From positions 479,915 through 543,914 of the forward strand of contig CAWAMW010000017.1 of assembly GCA_963783305.1 (NCBI GenBank): DNA of 64,000 bases. The letters are read 5' to 3'. Both the position numbers and the translations under genes were made by a program. Shown in pieces: positions 47,976 to 58,226 of the stretch. Each line of letters opens with the position of its first letter. Within the stretch, counting starts at the first letter, position 1. Under the pieces are notes generated by a model that saw nothing but the letters and a program-made list of their open reading frames with translations, was not told the DNA's origin and did no database searches. Source of the stretch: an uncultured Gemmatimonadales bacterium (lineage in GTDB: Bacteria; Gemmatimonadota; Gemmatimonadetes; Longimicrobiales; RSA9).

Positions 47976-48854
47976 ATGCAGACGATCACTGCCGCACCGG
48001 GAATCCCGGATCCGGTACTGAGACGATACGCCCTCGCGGCGCTCGAAGAGGACCTCGGGTCCGGTGATGTCACCACCGACCTGCTCGTCCCCGCGGGCAC
48101 CCAGGTGCACGCCACGCTCGTCGCGCGCGCCGAGGGGGTCGCCTGCGGGATGACCCTGGCGCGGACCATCTTCCTCGCTATCGATCCCGCGCTGGACGTG
48201 CGGGTCCACGCGGCCGACGGCCAGCAGGTCACACCCGGCACCACTCTCCTCGAGGTGAGCGGACTCGCCCGACCGATCCTTTCGGCGGAGCGCGTTGCCC
48301 TCAACTTCGTGGGCCGCCTGAGCGGCATAGCGTCGCTCACACGGCGGTACGTCGAAGCCGTAGAGGGCACGGGCGCACGAATCCTCGACACCCGCAAGAC
48401 TACACCGGGTCTCCGAGCACTGGAGAAGTACGCGGTGCGCTGCGGCGGCGGGCACAACCACCGGTTCGGCCTCTCCGACGGCTTCATGCTGAAGGACAAC
48501 CATCGGTCCGCGCTGGAGCGGTCGGGCACCAGTCTGCCGGCGGCGGTGAGGGAGGCTCGATCTCACCTCGGTCATGGGGTCGTGGTGACCGTCGAGGTGG
48601 ACACGATCGACCAGATCTCCGAGGCGCTGGAGGCCGGCGCGGACTCGATCCTGCTGGATAACATGACTCCGGAACAGCTCGCTCTGGCCGTGCGCCAGAT
48701 CGATGGCGCCTCGTTGACGGAGGCGTCGGGCGGGATCACACTGGAATCCGTGCGCGCCGCGGCGGAGAGCGGGGTCGACCTGATCTCCGTGGGCGCGCTG
48801 ACCCACTCGGCGCCCGCGCTGGACGTGGCGCTCGATTTCGACTGGACGGACTGA
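47976..48854 (+). CDS. nadC: Quinolinate phosphoribosyltransferase
   Basis: EDLGSGDVTT, DTRKTTPG, NHRFGLSD..MLKDNH, LLDNM, EASGGI, SVGALTHSA. Confidence 0.95.
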   Translation: MQTITAAPGIPDPVLRRYALAALEEDLGSGDVTTDLLVPAGTQVHATLVARAEGVACGMTLARTIFLAIDPALDVRVHAADGQQVTPGTTLLEVSGLARPILSAERVALNFVGRLSGIASLTRRYVEAVEGTGARILDTRKTTPGLRALEKYAVRCGGGHNHRFGLSDGFMLKDNHRSALERSGTSLPAAVREARSHLGHGVVVTVEVDTIDQISEALEAGADSILLDNMTPEQLALAVRQIDGASLTEASGGITLESVRAAAESGVDLISVGALTHSAPALDVALDFDWTD

Positions 48855-48863
48855 GAGAGTCGC

Positions 48864-49979
48864 ATGAACCGCATCGACACAGCCAGGACCACGTCACCCG
48901 AGCAGATGTACGCCGCTCTCAGTGAGCGGCTGCGCGACGTCCTGCCGGACTTCGAGATCCGGCAGAAGGCGGAGATCGCCGCCGAGATCAACCGGCTGAA
49001 GCAGGAGCGCGGGGCCGTCATCCTCGGCCACAACTACATGGAGGCCGCTCTCTTCCACAGCGTCTGCGATTTCAAGGGCGACTCCCTCGAGCTGAGCCGC
49101 CTCGCCGCCGAGGCGCCCGGTGACCCCATCGTCTTCTGCGGCGTCCGATTCATGGCCGAGACCGCAAAGATCCTGAGCCCGGAGAAGAAGGTGCTCCTCC
49201 CCACCGCCAAGGGAGGCTGCTCCCTCGCCGAGTCCATCCGGGGCGAGGACGTGCGCCGGCTCAAGAAGAAGTACCCGGGCGTGCCCGTCGTCACGTACGT
49301 GAACACCTACGCCGATGTGAAGGCCGAGACCGACGTCTGCTGTACTTCCAGCAACGCCGTGAAGATCGTCGAGAGCCTCGACAGCGATCAGGTCATCTTC
49401 CTCCCGGACGAGTTCCTGGCGAAGAACGTGGCGCGAGAGACCGGAAAGACCATCATTTTCCCCACCACCGATGGGTCGAAGGCCGGAGGTCTGTCCGGGA
49501 ACGGGAAGGACGCGGGTGACTCCGGAGGACTCCAGTACGACATGATCGGCTGGCGCGGCCGCTGCGAGGTCCACGAGCAGTTCACGACCGAAGACATCGC
49601 GAACGTCCGGCGACAATTTCCGGACGTCATGGTTCTGGCCCACCCCGAGTGCAGCCCGGAGGTGGTGGAGGCCAGCGACTACAGCGGGAGCACGAGCGCG
49701 CTCATCAAAGCCGTCCAGAACGCCGACGCGGAGCGCTATCTTCTCCTCACCGAGTGTAGCATGGCCGATAACATCGTGGCCGAGAACCCCGAGAAGGAGA
49801 TGGTGCGACTCTGCAGCGTCCGCTGCCCTCACATGAACGAGATCACCCTGGGCAACGTCCGCGACGCCCTCATCCACGATCGCTATGAGGTAGACGTCCC
49901 CGAGCCCACCCGCTCCAGGGCGCGCAAGTCCATCGAGCGCATGCTGGAGATCTCCTACGGGTCCACGCCGAGCGGCTGA
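48864..49979 (+). CDS. nadA: Quinolinate synthase
   Basis: LGHNY, FCGVRFMAE, GCSLA, YVNT, CEVH, AHPEC, CPHM. Confidence 0.95.
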   Translation: MNRIDTARTTSPEQMYAALSERLRDVLPDFEIRQKAEIAAEINRLKQERGAVILGHNYMEAALFHSVCDFKGDSLELSRLAAEAPGDPIVFCGVRFMAETAKILSPEKKVLLPTAKGGCSLAESIRGEDVRRLKKKYPGVPVVTYVNTYADVKAETDVCCTSSNAVKIVESLDSDQVIFLPDEFLAKNVARETGKTIIFPTTDGSKAGGLSGNGKDAGDSGGLQYDMIGWRGRCEVHEQFTTEDIANVRRQFPDVMVLAHPECSPEVVEASDYSGSTSALIKAVQNADAERYLLLTECSMADNIVAENPEKEMVRLCSVRCPHMNEITLGNVRDALIHDRYEVDVPEPTRSRARKSIERMLEISYGSTPSG

Positions 49980-50075
49980 CGGTCCCGTGCCGCAACGCGG
50001 CACCCTCCACCGAGGCCGCAGGCCGAGGTCCCCCGCGCCGACGCAGTCGGCGCCCCCGCGGCCGCAGGCCGCCCC

Positions 50076-50618
50076 CTACTTCCTGCGCTTCTGCAGAAGC
50101 CAGCCGCGGTGGATGGACCGCGGCTCCTCCACAGTCACGAACGAGTCCGGCGCCCAGTGGTCCACCAGTCGCAGGATTCGCTTCGTATCGCTGCGCCGGG
50201 CAACGGTGTACACCACCTCCACGGTGCCATGACGGCCCTGACCGGAGAACTCGGTCACGCCGAAGCCAGCCTCGCGCAACGCGTCCGCCGCTTCCACACC
50301 GCCGTGCTCCGAGATGATCCGGATCGTCGCGAGCCCGAGCGCCAGCTTCTCCTCCACCCAGAGCCCCACAACGTTCCCCGCGGCAAACCCGCCCGCGTAC
50401 CCGATGACGTGCAGCGGACTGTCCAGATACTGGATCGCGCTCCCGGCCGCGAAGAGCCAGATCATCACCTCGAAGAACCCGATGATGGGCACCAGCACTC
50501 TCTGACCGCGCACGGCCAGCAGCATGCGAGTGGTGGCCAGCGACACATCGATGATCCGGAGACCGAATATGACAAGCGGGCCCCAGGGGCCCGAAAAAAC
50601 CGCTTCAAGCATTATCAT
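50076..50618 (-). CDS. UPF0316/DUF2179-family membrane protein
   Basis: RIIDVSL.T.R, GFFEV.IW, YAGGFAAG..VG, GFGVT. Confidence 0.82.
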   Translation of the reverse strand: MIMLEAVFSGPWGPLVIFGLRIIDVSLATTRMLLAVRGQRVLVPIIGFFEVMIWLFAAGSAIQYLDSPLHVIGYAGGFAAGNVVGLWVEEKLALGLATIRIISEHGGVEAADALREAGFGVTEFSGQGRHGTVEVVYTVARRSDTKRILRLVDHWAPDSFVTVEEPRSIHRGWLLQKRRK

Positions 50619-50880
50619 CCACGGTGTCTAACGCCCGTGGCGCGCCGATGCAACCCGGGCGCGCGCGCGGGCGTGGATTTCGCAGTCTCGTTTCTCCCGG
50701 TACTTTCCCCGCGCACCCCGGCGCGGCCGTCGCATGAACGCGGCCGCCGACGAGCTGGAGCACGAGATGGATGACATTGGCAGAAGGCAGCGCCCGCGTG
50801 GGCACCGCCAGGACGGACGACGGACGGGATCTCTGCTCCGCGCCGTCGTGCCGCCCCGACCATCACGACAGCGGGAGCCC

Positions 50881-52113
50881 ATGGCCCGGTTCCGATTTCC
50901 GCGGTTCACACGGAAGGACCTCGAGCGACTCGGTCCGCTCGACACATCGCCCTCCTCGACGAATGAGCTGGCGCTCGTACTCACCGGGGGCGGGGCGCGC
51001 GGGGCGTACCAGGTGGGCATGGTGCGCTGTCTCGCGCGCTACTTCCCGGAGCTGAGCTTCCCCATCATCACGGGGGTGTCGGCGGGAGCGGTGAACGCGG
51101 TGCACCTGGCCTCTCACCATGGCACCTTCCAGCAGGCGGCCGAAGAGCTGACAGCCCTCTGGAGTGAGTTGACCACCGAGCGAGTCTTCCGCACCGACTG
51201 GGGCCACCTCGCCTGGGGTGTCGGCCGGTGGATCGCGCGACTCATCACGGGCGGTCTCCTGCCCGCGCCAGAGGTCGAGGGGCTCCTCGACACGAGCCCT
51301 CTCCAGCAGTACCTGACCGAGGCCATGGCGGCCATCGAGGGGGAGATCACGGGGATCGACTACAACCTCCATCGCGGCACGCTCAAGGCCGTGGCGGTAA
51401 GCACCACCAGCTACACCACCGGACAGAACGTGGTGTTCGTTCAGGGTCGCGACATCGAGACCTGGGAGCGCCCCTACCGCCGGAGCGTCCAGACGCGTCT
51501 GCGCGTGGAGCACGTCATGGCATCGTCCGCCCTGCCGGGCTTCTTCCCCGCCATCCGTATCGGCGACCACTGGTACGGCGATGGCGGGATCCGCCTGACC
51601 GCGCCCCTCTCACCGGCCCTCCACCTCGGAGCCAAGCGGATCCTGGCCGTGTCGACCCGCTTCGAGGGCTCCCAGGCCGAGGGCGACGAGCCCGAGATCT
51701 CCGGCTACCCGCCCCCCGCGCAGATCCTCGGCGTGCTCATGCAGTCGGTGTTCCTGGATACGCTCGACCAGGACGCGCGGCGCCTCGAGCGCCTGAACGA
51801 GGTCATCGCCAGGCTCTCGGAGGAGGACCAGTCAATGCTGCGGCCGGTGGAGATGGTGGTGCTCCGCCCATCCCAGGACCTGAGCAGGCTGGCGGGCGAG
51901 TTCGAGGCGCGGCTGCCCAAGGGCTTCCGCTTTCTCATCAGGGGACTGGGCACGTCGCGGACGGGCAGCCCGGCGATCCTGGCCATGATGATGTTCCAGC
52001 CGGACTATATCCGGCGGCTCATCGAGCTGGGCGAAGCGGACACCGAGGAGCGCATCGACGAGATCGCCGCGCTCCTCGGTGTCGAAGCCCCCACGCAGAC
52101 CGCCTCGGCTTAG
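50881..52113 (+). CDS. Patatin-like phospholipase
   Basis: GGGARGAYQ, GVSAG, DGG. Confidence 0.9.
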   Translation: MARFRFPRFTRKDLERLGPLDTSPSSTNELALVLTGGGARGAYQVGMVRCLARYFPELSFPIITGVSAGAVNAVHLASHHGTFQQAAEELTALWSELTTERVFRTDWGHLAWGVGRWIARLITGGLLPAPEVEGLLDTSPLQQYLTEAMAAIEGEITGIDYNLHRGTLKAVAVSTTSYTTGQNVVFVQGRDIETWERPYRRSVQTRLRVEHVMASSALPGFFPAIRIGDHWYGDGGIRLTAPLSPALHLGAKRILAVSTRFEGSQAEGDEPEISGYPPPAQILGVLMQSVFLDTLDQDARRLERLNEVIARLSEEDQSMLRPVEMVVLRPSQDLSRLAGEFEARLPKGFRFLIRGLGTSRTGSPAILAMMMFQPDYIRRLIELGEADTEERIDEIAALLGVEAPTQTASA

Positions 52114-53849
52114 AACCGACGGCCGAGCCGTACGAAGAATCGCGGCTCCTGCTCTACGTCGCCGCTCAGCGGCAGCGCCGCATAGATCCCCAGGTCGCCC
52201 AGCAGGAACCCGAGCCCCGCATCCGTGAGCGTGCCGGTGTTCCGCTCGCCCCCCAGCAGGTCGCTGTCGTAGCCCCAGCCGCGGCCGGCATCGAAGAACA
52301 CCACCCAGGTGGGGCTCATGTCGATGTCCACTACACCCCACCATTCATCGTCGTCGTAGTCCGGATCGCCGAACCCAAAATCGAGCGACAGCTCTCCGCG
52401 GTATTCCACCTGCGCCAGGGCGAATCGGTCGCAACCATAGGTCGGGTAGAATGACTCCTCTTCCACCCGCCCCATGAAGCGCCGTGCGCCACAGTCGCCG
52501 AAGAAGGCAGGGAACCCCGGCAGCGTGCCGATCCCCCCCAGCGTGTGCTGGTACTGGGGCGGGAGCGCCTCGCCCTCCATGCTCCCGCCGCCCACGACCC
52601 GCACGTTCAGCTGGGACTGATAGCCCACACGCGTGTAGCGGCGCAGGTCGAGGAACGCGCTCGTGAAGTCGGAATCCATCTCCGCGCTCGGCAGGGTCTC
52701 GGGCGCGGGGTCGTCGATCGGCGTATTCAGCGTCAGAGCCGGTCGCGCGAGAGCGCCACCCACCGGCCGCTCCAGAGCGACGCGGCCGTACCAGCCCTCG
52801 CTCGGATCGTCGCGGTCAGCGCGCAGGTCGAGCTCCACCGAGCCGGCCAGCAGCTGGAGGTCGCCCTCCCCCACCAGCGGCTGGACGCGCCAGTCGTCGC
52901 CGCCGTGAAAGAGCGACCACGGGTCACCGGCGGCACGAGAGTCGTACTCCTCATCCCGGTACTCCACGCGCGCCTCCAGACCCCGTACCGGCTCCGCACG
53001 CACGAACACGCTCCACCCGGTGCGATCGTAATAGTCCCGGTAGTCCTCGTGGAAGACCGCGGCCGCCAGTGACGCCTCGAGGTCCCGGATCCGCCACGGA
53101 TCGAGCGGATCGATCGCAGAGAACGCGGAGCCCCCGACGCTGAACCGACGGTCGCCGCCCAGGTACTGCTGCGCCTCGACCTGGTAGCCCATCCGGTCCG
53201 TATCCAGAGACGCGCCGGACTCCGTACGCCAGATCGCCAGCGCCTCCAGCCGGAGCGGATTGCGCCCTGCCGTCTGAATCACCGGCCCGAACATCACCGG
53301 CAGACCTTCCACCCGGTTGTAGCTGCTGCCCGCCCTCACCGCCAGACGCGAGAATCCGCGGTCCCAGTCATCCCGCCGGCGATCGCGCCGCCGGTCGTGG
53401 TCCTCGTCGTCCCAGTCCCAGTCCCAATCCCAGCCCCCGCGATCCTCGCGGTCATGCTCCCACGCCCGGTCCCGGCGGGACGCGGCGTAGGTGGTGACGG
53501 TGCCCCCCACGGACGCTTCGCCCTCCAGCCGGACCGCGCCTCCGATGACGGTGATGTCCCCCGTGACGGAGCCGCCCGGCTCCAGGATGACGTCCCCGTT
53601 GACCATGGCCACGTCACCCCTGACCTGTCCCGCCACCCGCAGCGGACCGCCGATCGCGGCGATCCCGCCTTCCACCACGCGCGTGCGGTCGATGGTCATG
53701 GGGCCGTCGTACCGCTCGGCGCCCCCCTCATACATGCGAAGAAGCTCCCATTCCAGATCGGATGGGAGGTTCGCGCCCCGGATCTCCTGCTCCTGCGCCG
53801 CGACCGGCATGGCCAGCAGCAGGAGAAGGAAGCTGCTCGGCAGTCTCAT
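52110..53849 (-). CDS. Outer-membrane protein, Omp85/TamA-like barrel with an N-terminal bactofilin-like beta-helix
   Basis: Signal peptide; G.V.GDV....GD repeats; YNRVEG; VFFDAG; C-terminal Phe (FVRLGRRF). Confidence 0.65.
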   Translation of the reverse strand: MRLPSSFLLLLLAMPVAAQEQEIRGANLPSDLEWELLRMYEGGAERYDGPMTIDRTRVVEGGIAAIGGPLRVAGQVRGDVAMVNGDVILEPGGSVTGDITVIGGAVRLEGEASVGGTVTTYAASRRDRAWEHDREDRGGWDWDWDWDDEDHDRRRDRRRDDWDRGFSRLAVRAGSSYNRVEGLPVMFGPVIQTAGRNPLRLEALAIWRTESGASLDTDRMGYQVEAQQYLGGDRRFSVGGSAFSAIDPLDPWRIRDLEASLAAAVFHEDYRDYYDRTGWSVFVRAEPVRGLEARVEYRDEEYDSRAAGDPWSLFHGGDDWRVQPLVGEGDLQLLAGSVELDLRADRDDPSEGWYGRVALERPVGGALARPALTLNTPIDDPAPETLPSAEMDSDFTSAFLDLRRYTRVGYQSQLNVRVVGGGSMEGEALPPQYQHTLGGIGTLPGFPAFFGDCGARRFMGRVEEESFYPTYGCDRFALAQVEYRGELSLDFGFGDPDYDDDEWWGVVDIDMSPTWVVFFDAGRGWGYDSDLLGGERNTGTLTDAGLGFLLGDLGIYAALPLSGDVEQEPRFFVRLGRRF

Positions 53850-53929
53850 GGTCTCCGTCCTCGGCTCGATCGAACTCTTGGACCTCGATCTTTCTACGTC
53901 GGACGCCGCGCCGGGGTTTCAGCCGACGG

Positions 53930-55144
53930 TCAGTCCGGTGCGTGCAGCAGGCCGTGGCCCTCCAGGATCGAGAGGACCGCGTCCAGCGGCAGCGCGTCGA
54001 CGGTCCCACGGTGCCCGCGCGTGGTGACCGCGCGGAAGAGCGAGTTGTAGATGGCCTCCTCCGTGGCCTCGGCCACCGCCTGGAAGAGTGGAGACATGCG
54101 GTCGTTGGGAAGATCGACGGTCGCGCGCGGGCCGTCTGCGGATCGCCGCCGTACCGACTCCGCGGTGGAGAACGCGATGACGTAGTCCCCGGACCCGTTG
54201 CTCATGCTGGCGCCCGTTCGGGCGAGGCCGGCGAGCGCCCGGTGCGCCAGCCGCTCGAGGTTGCGCGCGCTCAGCGGCGCATCCGTCGCCACCACGATCA
54301 TGATGCTGCCGTCCCCGGCGTCCCCTCCGCCCACCCCCTCCTCCAGCGCTTCACGGAAGGAGTACTGCCCCAGCTCGATCCCCACGGGGGCACCGCCCAC
54401 GCTCAGGACACCGCCGAAGTTCGACTGCACCAGCACGCCCACGGTCCACCCGTCCAGCGATTCGGGGAGGAGACGCGACGAGGTCCCGATCCCCCCCTTC
54501 CAGCCAAACGCCACCGTCCCCATGCCCGCTCCTACCGCCCCTTCCGCCACGGGGCCGCCCCGCGCTCCCTCCAGCGCCTCCACCACGTGCTCCGGCCGGA
54601 TCGGACGGGCCGCAATGTCGTTCAGATAGCCATCGTTCGTCTCGCCCACCACCGGGTTGATCGATCGCACGTCCTCCATTCCCGGCCCCGCCAGGAGCCA
54701 CTCGACCATGGCATCCGCCGCCTTCCAGACGCAGAGCGTGCACGTCAGCAGAATCGGTGTCTCCAGCTCCCCGAGCTCCCGCACCTGAGTCACCCCCACC
54801 AGCTTCCCGAAGCCGTTCCCCACCACCATGGCGGCAGGCACTTTCTCACGGAAGATGTTGCCCGGGTGTGGCACCACCGCCGTCACCCCCGTCCGGACCG
54901 AGTCGCCCTCCACCACCGTCCGCTGACCCACCCGGACGCCCGCAACATCCGTTATGGCATTGAGCGGCCCCGGCGGCAGGATCCCCACCACCACCCCGGC
55001 CTCACGGGCGCGCGGTCGATCCCCCGCGGCATCGCCTTCCGTTCCGACCTGCCCGGCCGTCACGGCCGGCACGGAGAGGAGGAAGAGAAGGGAGAGGAGG
55101 AGCGGGCGCGGCCGCAACCGGCGTGCTCGGCGGGACAGTTTCAT
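53930..55144 (-). CDS. P1-family peptidase (DmpA-like aminopeptidase)
   Basis: NAITDVAGV.VG, NGFGK, ETNDG.LND, KGGIGTSSR, DG/SI cleavage site, NGSGD. Confidence 0.9.
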   Translation of the reverse strand: MKLSRRARRLRPRPLLLSLLFLLSVPAVTAGQVGTEGDAAGDRPRAREAGVVVGILPPGPLNAITDVAGVRVGQRTVVEGDSVRTGVTAVVPHPGNIFREKVPAAMVVGNGFGKLVGVTQVRELGELETPILLTCTLCVWKAADAMVEWLLAGPGMEDVRSINPVVGETNDGYLNDIAARPIRPEHVVEALEGARGGPVAEGAVGAGMGTVAFGWKGGIGTSSRLLPESLDGWTVGVLVQSNFGGVLSVGGAPVGIELGQYSFREALEEGVGGGDAGDGSIMIVVATDAPLSARNLERLAHRALAGLARTGASMSNGSGDYVIAFSTAESVRRRSADGPRATVDLPNDRMSPLFQAVAEATEEAIYNSLFRAVTTRGHRGTVDALPLDAVLSILEGHGLLHAPD

Positions 55145-55388
55145 GATGATCAGACTCCTGGCGGCACGGCCGCACTTGGTGGGAGGAGCGAACTCGCTCA
55201 GGATAGAGTAGCTCGACGAGTGACGTCAACGGTGGACGGCCCTCGAAACATTCCCCATATTCCGCGGTGCCGCCCGACTTTGCGCGGGGTGGCATTGAAG
55301 TTGACGAGGCCCGAGGCAGCCGCTAACCTTTCGGGCTCCGGAGCCGTGACTCCGGTGACCTCCGATCCGTGACGAACCCGGACTCTCA

Positions 55389-56591
55389 ATGCAAGACGGC
55401 ATTATAAGACTCGCGCGCCGGGTCGTACCCGGCGCGTTCCTGTTGCTTGCGGGCTGTGCAGACCACCCGCAGACGATGATCGAGCCGGTCACCGAATTCG
55501 GCCGGATCCAGATCGCGCTCTGGGCCACCGTCACCTGGTGGTCGGTCGGGATCATGGTGGTCGTGTTCGGCGCTCTGGCGTTCATCCTGGTACGGTACCG
55601 GGAGCGGCCGGACGGGACGCGGCCGAAACCGATCTACGGCAGCACCATGCTCGAGATCTTATGGACCGTGATTCCGGCGCTGATCATCCTCGTCATCGCG
55701 ATTCCCACGATCCGGGCGATCTTCGAGACGCAGGCCGACCCGCCGGAGGACGCGCTCGTCGTGCAGGCCATCGGTCACCAGTGGTGGTGGGAGTTCCGCT
55801 ACCCCGAGCTCGACCTGGTCACCGCCAATGAGTTCTATGTGCCCGTGGGTCGCCCGTTGGCCCTCGAGCTCCGCTCCGCGGATGTCATCCACAGCTTCTG
55901 GATCCCGCGTCTCGGCGGAAAGAAGGACGTAAACCCCGTCCCCCGGACGCCGGAAGGTGTGGAACCGCTCCACCAGAACGTGATCTCGCTGGAGGTCGAC
56001 TCCACGGGCGAGTACATGGGGCAGTGCGCCGAGTTCTGCGGCACGTCTCACGCGATCATGCGGATGATGGCCATAGCGGTGGAGCCGGAGGTGTTCGACG
56101 GATGGGTCCGCGACATGAAGAGCGCGGTGGAGCCGTCGGGCGAGTCAGCGGCGCGGGGCAGGGAGATCTTCCTGCGGAGCACATGTATCGCCTGCCACAC
56201 GATCGAGGGCACGCCGGCCCAGGGTAAGCTCGGGCCGAACCTGACCATGTTCGGCGAGCGCTGGAGCATAGCCGCCGGTCTCATGGACAACACGGAGGAG
56301 AACCTCACGGAGTGGATCCTCCACGCTCCCGAGCTCAAGCATGGGGTAATCATGCCTGGCGCGAACGTCGGAGCCGGCGGGATGGCGCCGACGGGATTGA
56401 GCCGCGCCGACGCGGAGGCGGTCGCCGCATACCTGGTCGATCTCCGGCGCCCCATGGCGGGGCGGCGCATCGATCTGCTGACCGACGTCGGCGCCCCCAC
56501 CGGCGCCGCCGACACGGCCGACGACATGCTCGTCGCGCCCGCGGAGCCGCTACCCCAGATCACTGACACGACCGCGGGCCAGCCGCGCTAA
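55389..56591 (+). CDS. coxB: Cytochrome c oxidase subunit II with fused cytochrome c (caa3 type)
   Basis: Lipobox LAGC, HQWWW, DVIHSFW, CAEFCGTSHAIM (CuA), CIACH. Confidence 0.93.
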   Translation: MQDGIIRLARRVVPGAFLLLAGCADHPQTMIEPVTEFGRIQIALWATVTWWSVGIMVVVFGALAFILVRYRERPDGTRPKPIYGSTMLEILWTVIPALIILVIAIPTIRAIFETQADPPEDALVVQAIGHQWWWEFRYPELDLVTANEFYVPVGRPLALELRSADVIHSFWIPRLGGKKDVNPVPRTPEGVEPLHQNVISLEVDSTGEYMGQCAEFCGTSHAIMRMMAIAVEPEVFDGWVRDMKSAVEPSGESAARGREIFLRSTCIACHTIEGTPAQGKLGPNLTMFGERWSIAAGLMDNTEENLTEWILHAPELKHGVIMPGANVGAGGMAPTGLSRADAEAVAAYLVDLRRPMAGRRIDLLTDVGAPTGAADTADDMLVAPAEPLPQITDTTAGQPR

Positions 56592-56619
56592 TCCACAGCT
56601 CTCGGACTCGATAGGCACG

Positions 56620-58011
56620 ATGGCAACAGCCGAAGCACACACACCGGTAGGAACGCCGCAGAAGCGAAGCGGTCTCTGGGACTGGTTGACGACGATCGAC
56701 CACAAGAAGATCGGGATCCTCTACGCCAGTACGGCCCTGGTCTTCTTCGTTCTGGGCGGCCTGGAGGCGCTGCTGATCCGATGGCAGCTGGCGAGGCCCG
56801 AAGCCGCCATCATCGATCCGGACCTCTACAACCAGTTGTTCACGATGCACGGCCTCACCATGGTCTTCCTGGTGGGCATGCCGATCGCCGTCGCGTTCTT
56901 CAACTACGTCGTACCCCTCCAGATCGGGGCCCGCAATGTGGCCTTCCCGCGGCTGAACGCGTTCTCGTACTGGATTTTCCTCTTCGGAGGACTCTTCATG
57001 TACTCCAGCTGGTTCATCGGGGCGGCGCCCGACGGCGGCTGGTTCGGCTATGCCAACCTGAGCAGCCGGCAGTTCTCGCCAGGGCCGAACATGGATTTCT
57101 ACGCCCTCGGTCTCCAGATCCTGGGTATCGGGTCCATCGCCGGTGGTGTCAATTTCATCACGACGATCGTGAACCTGCGCGCGCCCGGCATGAAGCTCAT
57201 GCGGATGCCGCTGTTCACCTGGATGGCGTTGGTCACCAGTTTCATCATCGTGACGGCGCTCCCCGTTCTGGCAGTCGCGCTCTTCATGCTGACGTTCGAC
57301 CGCTTCTGGGACACGAACTTCTTCAACGTCGCGGCGGGCGGCGATCCGATCCTCTGGCAGCACCTGTTCTGGCTGTTCGGCCACCCCGAGGTCTACATCC
57401 TGATCCTGCCGGCGTTCGGGATCGCCAGCGACGTGATCCCCACGTTCAGCCAGAAGCCGCTGTTCGGCTATGCGATCATGGTCTTCAGCGGTGCGCTCAT
57501 CGGGTTCATCAGCTGGGGCGTGTGGAGCCACCACATGTTCACCACCGGGCTCGGCCCCATTGCCGACTCGTTCTTTACCATTTCGACCATGATCATCGCC
57601 ATTCCCACAGGCGTTAAGATCTTCAACTGGCTGGCCACGATGTGGGGTGGGGCCATCAAGTTCACCACGTCCATGATGTTCGCCATCGCCATGGTGGCGC
57701 TGTTCACCATTGGCGGGATCAGCGGGATCATGCACTCGGCCTCCCCCGCCGACCTCCAGCAGCACGACACCTACTTCGTGGTGGCCCACTTCCACTACGT
57801 CCTGATCGGTGGACTGATCATGGGCGTGTTCAGCGGCTTCTACTACTGGTACCCCAAGGTCACCGGTCGACTCCTCAGCGAGACGCTGGGCAAGTGGCAC
57901 TTCTGGCTCTTCGTGATCGGCTTCAACGCCGTGTTCATGCCCATGCACTGGGTGGGGCTGCTCGGCATGCCCCGGCGCGTGTACACCTACGCCGAGGAGC
58001 TGGGGGTCGGT
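56620..58011 (+). CDS. coxA: Cytochrome c oxidase subunit I (A1 type), truncated at the 3' end by a junction
   Basis: DHKKIG, TMHG, GHPEVY, WSHH, HFHY, GMPRRVYTY; homology stops there, before the last TM helix. Confidence 0.9.
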
Positions 58012-58012
58012 C

Positions 58013-58226
58013 GCGTGGATGGCCGACGCGGCCTACTCTGCACGCAGGCCGACGCGAGAGGTTCCCCGAGAAGGGTGGCACGCCAAACCCCGCAAAGCGC
58101 ATCTGCGCCAAGTGCGCCGTCCGCCACACCTGCCTCCAGTACGCCTTCGCCCGCCCCGAGCTCGACGGCGTGTGGGGCGGCACCACGTACAAGCAACGCC
58201 AGCAGTTGCGCAGGAGGTCCGCCTGA
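58013..58226 (+). pseudogene. whiB: WhiB-family transcription factor, 5'-truncated and frameshifted
   Basis: AWMADA..LCTQAD / FPEKG...AKRICAKCAVR..CLQYA...GVWGG across frames. Confidence 0.85.

Noticed and set aside
47976..49979. Missing nadB as evidence of a new aspartate-oxidation route
   Set aside because: nadB may simply be elsewhere in the genome; one window cannot show absence.
50637..50654. Sigma54 promoter upstream of the patatin gene
   Set aside because: GG-to-GC spacing is 9 nt, not 10.
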